Shown here: piece by piece, positions 1-10,243 of the stretch
Layout of the letters: each line of letters begins with the position of its first letter
Numbering within the stretch: the stretch's first letter is position 1
IMG/VR virus record: IMGVR_UViG_3300022723_000207
Coordinates: 1-64,000 of that record
DNA from: a virus
Reading direction: 5' to 3' (one strand)
Length of the DNA stretch: 64,000 bases
Made by a program: the position numbers and the translations under genes
The notes under the pieces: generated by a model
Told to the model about the DNA's origin: nothing
The model's input: the letters and a program-made list of their open reading frames with translations, nothing else
Database searches by the model: none

Positions 1-315
1 TACATCATCTACTTCTACTTCAAGTGATTCTTCACTGAGTAGTCTGAGCACATCTAGTTCTAGTAGTGATGATACTTCTAGTTCTAGCTCAAGTAATACT
101 CCTTCTACATCATCTACTTCTACTTCAAGTGATTCTTCACTGAGTAGTCTGAGCACATCTAGTTCTAGTAGTGATGATACTTCTAGTTCTAGCTCAAGTA
201 ATACTCCTTCTACATCATCTACTTCTACTTCAAGTGATTCTTCACTGAGTAGTCTGAGCACATCTAGTTCTAGTAGTGATGATACTTCTAGTTCTAGCTC
301 AAGTAATACTCCTTC
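1..315 (+). repeat. Three exact 105-bp (35-codon) tandem copies within the Ser-rich gene
   Basis: tacatcatctacttctacttcaagtgattc restarts at 1, 106 and 211; a fourth copy starts at 316 and diverges. Confidence 0.9.
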
Positions 316-3300
316 TACATCATCTACTTCTACTTCATCTGACAGCAGCTTAAGTTCTCAAAGTACTAGCAGCTCAAGCAGCTCTAATACCCCTTCAACA
401 TCTTCTTCACAATCTAGCCTGAGTACTAGCTCAAGTTCCAGCAATACTCCATCCACATCTTCAAGTTCTACTTCAAGTGATTCTTCTTTAAGTAGCTTGA
501 GCACTAGTTCTAGTTCAAGTAATACTCCGTCTACAAGCAGTTCTTCGTCATCCCCATCTAGCCTGAGCACTAGTTCTAGTTCAAGTAGCTCTAATACTCC
601 ATCTACCAGCTCTAGTTCATCTTCACCATCTAGTTTGAGCACTAGCTCTAGCTCAAGTAATACTCCATCTACATCGTCCACGTCTACCTCTAGCAGCTCT
701 TCTCAGAGTAGCCTAAGCACATCTAGTTCAAGTAGCTCTAATACCCCGTCTACTTCATCTAGCACAATTTCAAGTGGGTCAAGTAGTTCTAGCTCCAGCA
801 ATACTCTATCTAGCTCGACTTCTAGCGATGATGATAGCTCAACCTCGACTTTTAGTTCAAGTAGCTCTAATACTCCATCTAGTTTAAGCAGCTCTAGCTC
901 CAGCAATACTCCATCCACATCTTCAAGTTCTACTTCAAGTGATTCTTCATTAAGCAGTCTGAGCACCAGCAGCTCTAGCTCCAGCAATACTCCATCCACA
1001 TCTTCTACTTCAAGTGATTCTTCATTAAGCAGTCTGAGCACCAGCAGCTCTAGCTCCAGCAATACTCCATCCACATCTTCTACTTCAAGTGATTCTTCAC
1101 TGAGTAGTCTGAGCACCAGCAGCTCTAGCTCCAGCAATACTCCTTCTACAAGTTCTAGTTCTAGTTCTACTTCAAGTGATTCATCTCAGAGTAGCTCAAG
1201 TAGCTCTAACACCCCTTCTAGTTCATCATCTAGTGATGACGACAGTTCTAGTTCTACTTCTAGCTCAAGTAGCTCTAACACCCCGTCCACATCTTCTAGT
1301 TCTATTTCAAGTGATTCTTCTTTAAGTAGCCTGAGCACCAGCAGCTCCAGCAATACTCCATCCACATCTTCAAGTTCTACTTCAAGTGATTCTTCGCTAA
1401 GTAGTTTGAGTACTAGTAGCTCAAGCAGCTCTAACACTCCATCTACAAGCAGCTCAACTTCTTCTGATTCAAGTGTTAGCAGCAGCTCTAGCTCCAGCAA
1501 TACCCCATCAACCTCATCCTCTAGCAGCACACCAAGTTCTCAGAGTGATGTTCAGAGCGAGTCTACTTCTAGCTCCAGCAATACTCCATCTACTAGTTCT
1601 ACTTCTATTTCAAGTGATTCTTCTCAGAGTAGCCTGAGCATTAGTAGTTCTAGCTCCAGCAATACTCCATCTACTAGTTCTACTTCTATTTCAAGTGATT
1701 CTTCTCAGAGTAGCCTGAGCATTAGTAGTTCTAGCTCCAGCAATACTCCATCTACAAGCAGCTCCTCTTCAAGAAGTTCAGTAAGCACTTCTAGTTCTAG
1801 TTCAAGTAATACTCCATCTTCAAGTTCTACTTCTTCGACAAGTAGTGAATCTGGCGCAAGTGAATCGACTTCTAGCACTGCGTCTACAGCATCTTCGATT
1901 AGTAGCAACAGCTCGTTATCAACAAGCAGCACCGACTCTACCGCATCTGAATCATCAGAGTCGATGTCGTCAGCTTCTGAATCGTCAGAGTCTGAATCGT
2001 CGTTGTCAGAATCTAGTTTGTCGATTAGTTCTATTAGTTCATTATCAACTCAATCCGACTCTACCGCATCTGAATCATCAGAGTCGATGTCGTCAGCTTC
2101 TGAATCGTCAGAGTCTGAATCTACCGTGTCAGCCTTATCGATTAGCTCTATCTCAACAGGCTCTTCTAGCTCTTCGACTTCACTGTCTTCTGTTAGCACA
2201 TCAAGCAGCAGCTCTAACACCCCATCTACTAGCAGTACATCAAGCAGCAGCTCTAACACACCCAGTTCAAGTAGCTCCTCTAGCTCTACCTTCTCGTCGC
2301 CTACTAACTCATTTAGTAGCATTTCATCAAGTAGTAGCTCTAACACTCCATCGACAAGTAGCAGCTCAAGCTCTAGTGGATCCAGCAGTAGCTCGCCCTC
2401 TAGTAATACTCCATCGACAAGCAGCTCTGGTACATCTTCGTCAAGCAGCCCTACGTCTCAGTCTGAGTCTAGCGAATCTGAATCGACTGCTTCAGAATCA
2501 ACAGTATCTGCATCATCTATAAGTTCTGTTTCGACAAGCTCTTCCAGCTCGCCAACTTCTGTTTCTGAGTCTAGCTTCTCTGAGTCAACCGCTTCTGAGT
2601 CAACTGTTAGCGCTTCTAGTGTTTCGTCTGTGTCAACACTATCTTCAGAAAGTAGCTCAAGCTCAAGTTCTAATACTCCTTCTTCTATTAGCTCTCTTAC
2701 TACCAGTGTTTCTTCAGAGTCAAGCTCAAGTTCTAATACTCCTTCTTCTATTAGCACGTCAAGTTCTACTTATTCATCTCCCACTAACTCGTTTAGTAGC
2801 GCTAGCTCTTCTAGCTCTAGCAATACCCCAAGCAGCTTAAGTAGTACTTCATCAACATCATCTACTGCTACATCTCAAACCAGTGGGTCATCAACTTCCA
2901 CATCTTCTGAATCAGCATCTACACAATCTGATTCCACTGAGTCAGAGTCGACAAATTCTGAATCAACTGTCAGCGCATCATCTATAAGCTCGGTTTCTAC
3001 AAGCTCATCAAGTTCACCTACTAGTCAGTCATTATCCACTGATTCTGATTCTACTGTTTCAGAGTCAACAAATTCAGAATCTACAGTTTCAGCTTCGACT
3101 ATTAGCTCTATCTCTACTGGGTCATCTGACAGTACGTCAAGCGGCAGCTCTAACACCCCATCCACTAGTACCTCTGCATCTCCAAGCAGTACTTCAAGTA
3201 CATCAAGCTCTTCTTATTCATCTCCTACCAACTCGCTAAGCTCATCGTCATCTAGCAATACTGAGTCTAGCACCAGTTCTTCATCTTATTCGTCTCCTAC

Positions 3301-3919
3301 AAATTCAGAATCTTCTTCTACAAGCCAGACTTCGCCAACAACCCAGTCTGAGACATCAGTCTCTGAGTCTACTGTTTCCGAATCGTCTGTGTCTGACACG
3401 TCGGTTTCTACTTTAAGCACTACTAGCAGCAGCACCCCATCAACTCAATCTGACTCGACGGAATCAGAAACCTCGGTGTCAGAATCTACGGTGTCAGAAT
3501 CCACTGTCTCTGACTCCACAGCTACATCAGTTACGACTTCATCGTCTAGTGAGTCGCAGTCTAGCGCTTCTTCGGATAGCACGTCTCAGACTAGCATATC
3601 TTCTGAGTCATCGACGAGTAGCGCCGTTGGTTCCAGTTCTAGTACTAGTGCACCATTCTCTCAAAGCTCTGCATCTAGCTCTAGTAATACGCCTAGCTCT
3701 CAGACAAGCTTGTCGTCTGAGTCTTCTTCAAGCTCTGGTGCTCCTGGATCTAGCCTTAGTAGCTTAACAACAGGTTCAACTGATACTTCATTAAGTAGTG
3801 AAAGCAGCAGTAGTTCTGTAAGTTCTGTCAGTTCTGAGAGCAGTGAGTCTTCGCCAAATGTTTCATCATCATCGTCCAGTTTTGTGGAAGATGATATTGC
3901 GTTTGGATTCTTATTTTAG
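2..3919 (+). CDS. Giant serine-rich repeat protein (5' partial), probable glycosylated surface/virion protein
   Basis: Frame 2 has no stop from nt 2 to TAG at 3917-3919, so the track start at 497 is internal. Mostly Ser/Thr with recurring SSSNTPST and SESTVS units; ends FVEDDIAFGFLF. Confidence 0.85.
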   Translation, partial: TSSTSTSSDSSLSSLSTSSSSSDDTSSSSSSNTPSTSSTSTSSDSSLSSLSTSSSSSDDTSSSSSSNTPSTSSTSTSSDSSLSSLSTSSSSSDDTSSSSSSNTPSTSSTSTSSDSSLSSQSTSSSSSSNTPSTSSSQSSLSTSSSSSNTPSTSSSSTSSDSSLSSLSTSSSSSNTPSTSSSSSSPSSLSTSSSSSSSNTPSTSSSSSSPSSLSTSSSSSNTPSTSSTSTSSSSSQSSLSTSSSSSSNTPSTSSSTISSGSSSSSSSNTLSSSTSSDDDSSTSTFSSSSSNTPSSLSSSSSSNTPSTSSSSTSSDSSLSSLSTSSSSSSNTPSTSSTSSDSSLSSLSTSSSSSSNTPSTSSTSSDSSLSSLSTSSSSSSNTPSTSSSSSSTSSDSSQSSSSSSNTPSSSSSSDDDSSSSTSSSSSSNTPSTSSSSISSDSSLSSLSTSSSSNTPSTSSSSTSSDSSLSSLSTSSSSSSNTPSTSSSTSSDSSVSSSSSSSNTPSTSSSSSTPSSQSDVQSESTSSSSNTPSTSSTSISSDSSQSSLSISSSSSSNTPSTSSTSISSDSSQSSLSISSSSSSNTPSTSSSSSRSSVSTSSSSSSNTPSSSSTSSTSSESGASESTSSTASTASSISSNSSLSTSSTDSTASESSESMSSASESSESESSLSESSLSISSISSLSTQSDSTASESSESMSSASESSESESTVSALSISSISTGSSSSSTSLSSVSTSSSSSNTPSTSSTSSSSSNTPSSSSSSSSTFSSPTNSFSSISSSSSSNTPSTSSSSSSSGSSSSSPSSNTPSTSSSGTSSSSSPTSQSESSESESTASESTVSASSISSVSTSSSSSPTSVSESSFSESTASESTVSASSVSSVSTLSSESSSSSSSNTPSSISSLTTSVSSESSSSSNTPSSISTSSSTYSSPTNSFSSASSSSSSNTPSSLSSTSSTSSTATSQTSGSSTSTSSESASTQSDSTESESTNSESTVSASSISSVSTSSSSSPTSQSLSTDSDSTVSESTNSESTVSASTISSISTGSSDSTSSGSSNTPSTSTSASPSSTSSTSSSSYSSPTNSLSSSSSSNTESSTSSSSYSSPTNSESSSTSQTSPTTQSETSVSESTVSESSVSDTSVSTLSTTSSSTPSTQSDSTESETSVSESTVSESTVSDSTATSVTTSSSSESQSSASSDSTSQTSISSESSTSSAVGSSSSTSAPFSQSSASSSSNTPSSQTSLSSESSSSSGAPGSSLSSLTTGSTDTSLSSESSSSSVSSVSSESSESSPNVSSSSSSFVEDDIAFGFLF
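1568..1754 (+). repeat. 81-bp tandem duplication within the Ser-rich gene
   Basis: tctagctccagcaatactccatctactagttctacttctatttcaagtgattc occurs at about 1568 and 1649, with a third partial start at about 1730. Confidence 0.8.
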
Positions 3920-4581
3920 CGGAATCTGGCAGTTACTCTGCCATACCAATTAACTGACATATGTTCATTACCAAGATGAATACACGCAGCTTTCTTAATT
4001 CTACCGCGTTGCTCATCTGGCCATTGCCTTAAGAACATTCTGTCTGATCTGCCGCAATGATCGTATCTTTCGGAGTACCAATTGGTTCTTCCCATTAAGA
4101 TATCGCAATTGAAATTCACTAATTGAAAAAAACCAACACCAATAGCTTTATAATTGCGTTGATGTTCCCATTCTGAAACAATATCAGGATTTCTGAGATA
4201 TTTCATCCATCCCTTGTAGTCAGGACACATGAACCTTGATGTTCCGTAAATGCACTGATCATTTAAATTCTTTTTCTCTAAAACCTGTCTAAGATCTGGG
4301 GCCATTATCATGTCAGCATCAGTAATCAAAACCCAATCTTTTTTCTCTAGAGCAGCAATACCATCATTGATTGCTTTACCCTTGTTGAATCTATCGCCAT
4401 TTTCATAAAGTCTATCTGTAAACACATGCTTGACTTTATGTTTCTCACATACCTTGATGGTTTCTTGATCTTTAGCAACTGTTACAACAACGATATTATC
4501 GAAATGGCGTTTGTTGTTATCTAAGGTGAGATCTAAAAAATCACCATAGTCAACGCACACCATGACGCATTCTAGGAACAT
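3916..4581 (-). CDS. GT-A fold glycosyltransferase (GT2-like)
   Basis: FNKGKAINDG, WVLITDAD (DxD), GVGFFQL and GRSDRMF motifs. Confidence 0.8.
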   Translation of the reverse strand: MFLECVMVCVDYGDFLDLTLDNNKRHFDNIVVVTVAKDQETIKVCEKHKVKHVFTDRLYENGDRFNKGKAINDGIAALEKKDWVLITDADMIMAPDLRQVLEKKNLNDQCIYGTSRFMCPDYKGWMKYLRNPDIVSEWEHQRNYKAIGVGFFQLVNFNCDILMGRTNWYSERYDHCGRSDRMFLRQWPDEQRGRIKKAACIHLGNEHMSVNWYGRVTARFR

Positions 4582-5090
4582 TTATAGACTCCGACCCCAG
4601 TGCGACCATTAAAGGAAGCCACTAGCTCGTATCCTTTGCTTTCTAAATAAAGTCGTGATTTATGGCCAGACCTTTTTCTCCAATCATGAATCATAATATG
4701 GCCGCCATCTTTAAGAAGCCTTTCGCTGAATTCGCAAGCATCATGACGGTGAAGCCCATCGCCACCCGGCGGGTATCCGGCACTAGAATCCACAAATACT
4801 AAATCATACTTAATGTTATCTGGGATTCCATACCAATCTGTTTTGACGATTGTAATATCTTCTAAATGATCGATCACATCCTTTATCGAAGGCACCCAAT
4901 GTTCCATGCACACATACTTTGATGGGCTAATAGCAGTAGCAATAGCCCAAGTAGTGGGACCAGCGCCAAATTCAAGAATGTTAGCGCCTTCAGCGACGTT
5001 GTTTTTGCACCAGTCGTGCATGAATTCCAACTCTGGAATAGTTGGCGATACTCTGGTTACGGTAAATGTTTTAGGTAGAGCTGGATTCAT
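4572..5090 (-). CDS. Class I SAM-dependent methyltransferase
   Basis: ILEFGAGPTT motif I, YDLVFVDS, GGHIMIHDW; ATG at 5090 preferred as start. Confidence 0.8.
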   Translation of the reverse strand: MNPALPKTFTVTRVSPTIPELEFMHDWCKNNVAEGANILEFGAGPTTWAIATAISPSKYVCMEHWVPSIKDVIDHLEDITIVKTDWYGIPDNIKYDLVFVDSSAGYPPGGDGLHRHDACEFSERLLKDGGHIMIHDWRKRSGHKSRLYLESKGYELVASFNGRTGVGVYKCS

Positions 5091-5931
5091 GGTGTCTCTC
5101 AACAAGATTGATTAGAGTTTTGGCCATTCCATAAGGTGAGAAATGGTCAAAATAAAGCTGCCGAGAAGCCTGGGCATACGGCTTTGGGTCGATATCTCTT
5201 AATTTAGCCATATCCTCTGGTTTCTCTAGTTTTACGTAGTGAACACCAGCCTTCATCGGAAATGGATAAAAAGGATCGTAGTTTAGCGCTAAAGGTATAC
5301 CGCAAGATGAGAATTCGCACTCTCTTCTATTCTTCTCCGCGCCTTTCTTACCCTTTAAGATAATGCCCCACTTGCACTCTTTAAGTCTATCTAAATAAGA
5401 GTCTAAAGTGTCGTTTACTAAATAAGCACCGCTAGAGTAGAAGTCGTCCTGAGACTCACACCAATCAACCCATGGTTGGCGGCCAAACCGATTATTTTTA
5501 CCAGTTACGGTGCCATGCCACTTATGGTTTTTATCTTCCCATTTGAAATATTCTAATTGGAAATCTTTAGTCGGCATAACTGTCCATGCAGTGACAGGGA
5601 TGCCGGTATCCTTTGTAAATTCATCCCAGAACTTGCACGGATGGTACTGAATTTTAATTAGTAATTTGATATCTTTATAAGTGTCCTTGAAAAACCCATG
5701 TCCATGAAAATGAGCACTTGGGCTTAGAGTATCCCAGGTATCAAGACCTACTCTTATGCCATTAACCTCGATAGTGCACCAGTTAGAATTTCTGGCGCCG
5801 TCTACTCTAGCATATGGAAAGATGGTGGTGCTAACATCGAATACTTTGCTAGCAGCAAGCATGCGACATAGCGTCCAATTCCATCCATTAAGACGCTCGT
5901 ATCCTTCTGATAGGACTAACTTATTACGCAT
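5071..5931 (-). CDS. Putative GT-B glycosyltransferase-like protein
   Basis: C-terminal YLDRLKECKWGIIL...NRRECEFSSCGIP...GVHYV resembles the GT-B nucleotide-sugar domain; lies in the glycan cluster. Confidence 0.55.
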   Translation of the reverse strand: MRNKLVLSEGYERLNGWNWTLCRMLAASKVFDVSTTIFPYARVDGARNSNWCTIEVNGIRVGLDTWDTLSPSAHFHGHGFFKDTYKDIKLLIKIQYHPCKFWDEFTKDTGIPVTAWTVMPTKDFQLEYFKWEDKNHKWHGTVTGKNNRFGRQPWVDWCESQDDFYSSGAYLVNDTLDSYLDRLKECKWGIILKGKKGAEKNRRECEFSSCGIPLALNYDPFYPFPMKAGVHYVKLEKPEDMAKLRDIDPKPYAQASRQLYFDHFSPYGMAKTLINLVERHHESSST

Positions 5932-7501
5932 GTTGAACTTGGCTTACGACTTCTCTTAGTTTATCGATATTTGTTTGGTTTCCGCATCCAGTCTTTTTAA
6001 ATGAGTGCCAGCACCATTTACGGTCTGGAAGTCTTTCTGCCATGTACCACAAGTAAGTGTCGTGACTCGGAACGGGCAGTCTCTTACCGGCTGCCTCTGC
6101 TGCCTCCTTGGTGAATTCAGTATTATGCAGACAAACAAAGGAGGCTATGCGACGATGGCCATATCTTTTAGACGCTTCAGCTTCTGGTCTTTGCTCTTCA
6201 GAAAGATAAGCATCGCCATCAATATCAGCATTGAACGCCCAGTCATCTAGATCGCAAATCCAACGTCCAGGTTTTGTGTATTTCCACTTATGGCCGGCCA
6301 AATCATACTCGAAGAAATGATCTAGAATGATGTCTTGGTCATTGTAGAAATAAGCATCAGCGTCAATCTTAAGCCAATAGGGCGTGTCAACTTCATTAGG
6401 TGCACCCAAGACAAAAGCTGAAAGCATAAGTTCTCTTAAACTATCGGATTCTGGCATGTCCCAAGCCACCAATTTAACATTTCGTCCTGTCACTTCATGA
6501 ATGAAAGCCAATTCATTAACTGGATCACTAAACCCGTTATGGAATACTACCATTGGGCAGTCTTTGAGTTGTGGTTTCTTTTGCCACGTTGGCAAAGTAA
6601 TTTTTAGCTTCTCTAGATATGGTGGATTAATTGCGGTGACAATAGTAATCCTCTTGTCTGTGACCACTTTCTTAGGCGTGAAATTCTTGAATTTACGATA
6701 CATACGATCAATTGGTGAATCACTAATACTGAGATAGTTCTCTTTTTGCGCTTCTTCATATTCTTCAATCCATAAATCGCCGTGGTATAATACTTCGCCT
6801 TCATCATTTAGGCGGCAGTGTTTTCTACCATGATAATGAATTATTCTGGCGTCATCACCACGAGGGTTGCTGTATTTACAAGAAATGTTGAATTTTTGGT
6901 CACAAACGTAGTGTGGATATTGATGTAAGACAACCTGCATTCCAGTCTCGTCTGGAATGAAATTATGCCTTCCAGGTTTGATGTCGTTGCACCAATTGAC
7001 TGCAAACTTAGCATTTTTTTTAAATGCGAACACGCCACAATTCACTGCTGGGCCAAAATTAAGCGCTGGCTCCATTAGGTCAGGATAGGCTTCTTTCCAG
7101 CCATTAATGCGCCTTTGAATGGCTCTGGTGTTAGTGGTCCATTTAGTAAATTGCGGGACTATAAAATCATGCTTTTCAGCATATTCAAACAACTCATCAA
7201 TGGGGCCTCTAACTAAAGTATCTGCGTCCAAAAATACTGACAACTCGTATGGTGTCCAAGCATTGACTGATGCTTTTTTAAGGTATACGTCATTTTTACC
7301 ATCTAGCGATTTATCAAATGATGCTTCAACAATGTTGACAAATGTTCCGCCGAACAATCGCTTACAAAGTGCATGAGAATCAGCACCACTTGAGATTACT
7401 GTGATAGGTCCGTCATAATACTTTCTGAGGCTATGAATCGATACAATTAACCGGAGCAAGCACTTGGAGCCCTGGTTGAAATAAATTACGCCTTTGCCCA
7501 T
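5924..7501 (-). CDS. Two-domain GT-A glycosyltransferase (GT8-like N-terminal domain plus second DxD domain)
   Basis: SVFLDADTLV, VNCGVFAF, DETGMQ, IIHYHGRK; second domain YWLKIDADA; ATG at 7501 preferred. Confidence 0.8.
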   Translation of the reverse strand: MGKGVIYFNQGSKCLLRLIVSIHSLRKYYDGPITVISSGADSHALCKRLFGGTFVNIVEASFDKSLDGKNDVYLKKASVNAWTPYELSVFLDADTLVRGPIDELFEYAEKHDFIVPQFTKWTTNTRAIQRRINGWKEAYPDLMEPALNFGPAVNCGVFAFKKNAKFAVNWCNDIKPGRHNFIPDETGMQVVLHQYPHYVCDQKFNISCKYSNPRGDDARIIHYHGRKHCRLNDEGEVLYHGDLWIEEYEEAQKENYLSISDSPIDRMYRKFKNFTPKKVVTDKRITIVTAINPPYLEKLKITLPTWQKKPQLKDCPMVVFHNGFSDPVNELAFIHEVTGRNVKLVAWDMPESDSLRELMLSAFVLGAPNEVDTPYWLKIDADAYFYNDQDIILDHFFEYDLAGHKWKYTKPGRWICDLDDWAFNADIDGDAYLSEEQRPEAEASKRYGHRRIASFVCLHNTEFTKEAAEAAGKRLPVPSHDTYLWYMAERLPDRKWCWHSFKKTGCGNQTNIDKLREVVSQVQHA

Positions 7502-7551
7502 AGTAATATATACTTCAAAGCATTTGGACAAAAATAATCAAAGAGGCCATT

Positions 7552-7992
7552 ATGTCTTTCATTGACCAACTACATTTTAGACTTCTAGAAGAAGATTCAG
7601 CATGCCCTTGCAAGATGTTCTGGTGTGTTCCAACACCAACTGACAGCAATGATATAAGCTGGGATGTTATGTCATTCGACTCTGATAGTGATGATTTAAG
7701 TAATTGGCTAATTATTCTGCATAGACTTAAAAAGGATTGGAAAAAAGACTTTGATGTTTGCAAGGGCAGTCACTCTGGCCTTCCTAGAGGGATATTGGTT
7801 GATGGTCATCTTTATCATGGCAATAACCTGCCTCCAACATTAGACCTACCAACTGTAGCCTCCAAAATGGGTGGAAGCCTTGGCAGAGATATTACACCAG
7901 TCTATAGTTCTAACTATGGAATAAACCAAGAAGACCTTGCTAGAATTGAAGAATTAATAGGTCAAGAATTGGGTTTGCAATACACAGATTAA
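7552..7992 (+). CDS. Hypothetical protein
   Basis: 146-aa ORF with GAGG RBS and upstream AAAATA motif. Confidence 0.65.
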   Translation: MSFIDQLHFRLLEEDSACPCKMFWCVPTPTDSNDISWDVMSFDSDSDDLSNWLIILHRLKKDWKKDFDVCKGSHSGLPRGILVDGHLYHGNNLPPTLDLPTVASKMGGSLGRDITPVYSSNYGINQEDLARIEELIGQELGLQYTD

Positions 7993-8058
7993 CGATTTAA
8001 CAAATTCCATACTTGACAAAAATGCCTCCTCTACTATTTTCATAAAGGAGGCCATACC

Positions 8059-8238
8059 GTGACTAACAATAAAGTTAAACAAATTTGTAGTGAAATATTC
8101 GATGATTATGACATTTTAAATGCCACGTTAGATGGTAAGGACGTGGTTCTTAAGATGAAACCTAAAAAATTAAGAAAGAGCTTTTCTAAAGTAGTCGATA
8201 GTGCCCTTGAGCCCATCCCTAAGCTTAATTTTGGGTGA
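8059..8238 (+). CDS. Small hypothetical protein (59 aa, not in ORF track)
   Basis: AAAGGAGG at 8044-8051, GTG at 8059, reads [18 protein letters not shown]...KLNFG, TGA at 8236-8238. Confidence 0.55.
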   Translation: MTNNKVKQICSEIFDDYDILNATLDGKDVVLKMKPKKLRKSFSKVVDSALEPIPKLNFG

Positions 8239-9124
8239 CCAGTCTAAGTCTCTTTGAGACTTGCTGATATCCGGCTTCCGGCGTTTAGGATCGTCTCTAG
8301 GAAGATCCTGCCAAACAATCTTTGAATTAGATCCGGTCATCTCAATGATGATTTCGGCCAATTCCAACATGGTATACTCATCTGGATTTCCAATATTGTA
8401 TGGTTCGTGATACTTAGGCCATTCGGCAGATTTGCAATTCATTAATTTTATCATTCCGTCAATTAAATCATCGACATATTGAAATGACCTTGACTGTTTG
8501 CCATCACCATACATAGTAATATCTTGGTCTTGCAATGCTTGTGCGATGAAATTACTAACTACACGCCCATCGTCAACATCCATGTTTGGACCATAAGTAT
8601 TGAAAATGCGAACTACTCTTACATCTATCCCAAATTGCCTGGCATAATCATAGCACAGGGTTTCTGCGACGCGTTTTCCTTCATCATAGCAAGATCTAAT
8701 ACCTATCGGATTAACGTTGCCCCAATATGACTCCGACTGCGGGTGCTCAGATGGATCACCATAGATCTCAGATGTAGACGCTTGCAGTATTTTAGCGCCA
8801 GTTTCTTTGGCTAAATCTAAAGTTTGAATCATTCCAAGAACATTGGTTTTAATAGTAAAAACTGGGTCTCTTTGGTAGTGTGGCGGGCTGGCTGGGCATG
8901 CCAGATTGTAGATCTGATCTAATCTGCTGCAGAAATTGATTGGTTTAGAAACATCAGCAACCAATAGATGGAAGTTGTAGTGGCATTTAAATTGGCTTAT
9001 GTTTACGTTAGATCCTGTATAAAAATTGTCAATACAGAAAACTTCATGACCTTCATCAAGTAGTTTCTGGCATAAATGACTACCAATAAATCCGGCCCCG
9101 CCAGTCACAAGAATTAATTCTCAT
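8170..9124 (-). pseudogene. uxs: UDP-glucuronate decarboxylase (UDP-xylose synthase), frameshifted after codon 3 in this sequence
   Basis: [45 protein letters not shown]. Native ATG at 9124 has a GGAG RBS and reads MRI-LVTGG only if the duplicated AATT (9112-9115) is removed. Confidence 0.8.
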
Positions 9125-9245
9125 TTATTGTCTCCGCAAAAGTATATAAAGCTAGAAATTCTTTTACATCTAAATACACACATGTCTCCCTGGTGACTTT
9201 AAACCCAGCCGTTAGTCACCCGGCTTAACAAGGAAGGAGATTGAC

Positions 9246-10037
9246 ATGATGCACCGAAACGATTTCGTCGTATCTATACGACCAGCGGGTGGAGGAAAGA
9301 CTTATCGAGAGTATAAGATCGATAAGACTCCTGATTCTTCAGACACTCGCTCTCGCCAAATCAATATTCCATTCGATCAAGAGTATGAATTTGTCTTCAA
9401 GAATATGAAGGCTGTTCGTAGATCCATCACTCTTGAGATTGATGGTAATGAAATTGGTAGCTGGGTCGTTGGTAAGGGCGATCGCAAATTCCCCAATGAG
9501 GTTGTCTTAGAACGCTTCATGGACAGTGACAAGAGATTCAAGGTACTTCACCTTGGGGATGGTGGGGTTGACGACCCCAGTAATCCAGAGAATGGCGTCA
9601 TCAAGATTAAAGTAATCGATGAACAGCCAAGTATTTCCATGAGATGGATACGATCTCATGATGGAGAACAGTACTCTAACGGTGGAATAACTAGGGGAAT
9701 GCGCGGTTGCAGTGGTGGCGACATGAAGGGTATGTCTGCTGCAGCCAGCTACTCTTGTGATTTAAACGTAGCGCCTAGTGGTGGTGAGGTTAACTTATCC
9801 GCCCACACCGCCAACGCTGCTACAGGAGAAGGTTCTCACAGTGGTCAGCAGTTCACCAGCACTACATGGCATGGAGATAATGGGACACCCATCTTCTTCG
9901 TGTTTTATATCCATGGCGTCGATAGGCCAGTACAGATGCGAAGCGCGGTTTTATTCTGCCATGAATGTGGATCGGAAGTGGTGAACTGCGCTAAGTTTTG
10001 CCACCATTGCGGAACTAAGGTAGCGGTGACAGTATGA
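9246..10037 (+). CDS. Hypothetical phage protein with C-terminal double zinc ribbon
   Basis: CHECG...CHHCG at the C-terminus; AAGGAG RBS. Confidence 0.75.
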   Translation: MMHRNDFVVSIRPAGGGKTYREYKIDKTPDSSDTRSRQINIPFDQEYEFVFKNMKAVRRSITLEIDGNEIGSWVVGKGDRKFPNEVVLERFMDSDKRFKVLHLGDGGVDDPSNPENGVIKIKVIDEQPSISMRWIRSHDGEQYSNGGITRGMRGCSGGDMKGMSAAASYSCDLNVAPSGGEVNLSAHTANAATGEGSHSGQQFTSTTWHGDNGTPIFFVFYIHGVDRPVQMRSAVLFCHECGSEVVNCAKFCHHCGTKVAVTV

Positions 10038-10234
10038 GATATACAGGCACTGATCAGCAGTTTTTAAAAAACCCGCTTAGTACCCCTATTGGCACTAACC
10101 CGATGATCCCAAAACCAATTCCAAAAATTCCGATGCTGGTTGGGTGGTTATGCCCTAGTTGTGGATGTTCTAACAGCCCAAACATGAGAGTGTGTGGGCG
10201 ATGCTCTCCTCCCATGCCACATGAAATAAGCTAG
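10034..10234 (+). CDS. Small zinc-finger protein
   Basis: GWLCPSCG...CGRC; ATGA overlap with the upstream gene. Confidence 0.6.
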   Translation: MRYTGTDQQFLKNPLSTPIGTNPMIPKPIPKIPMLVGWLCPSCGCSNSPNMRVCGRCSPPMPHEIS

Positions 10235-10243
10235 AACATCAAA

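Noticed and set aside
1-1800. Repeats as a CRISPR array
   Set aside because: The units are in-frame coding duplications with no unique spacers, and no cas genes are present.
358-2757. Leu/Glu/Val-rich minus-strand ORFs and off-frame plus-strand ORFs over the Ser-rich gene
   Set aside because: They are shadows of Ser codons, which rarely give stops on the opposite strand; they have no RBS and no domain.
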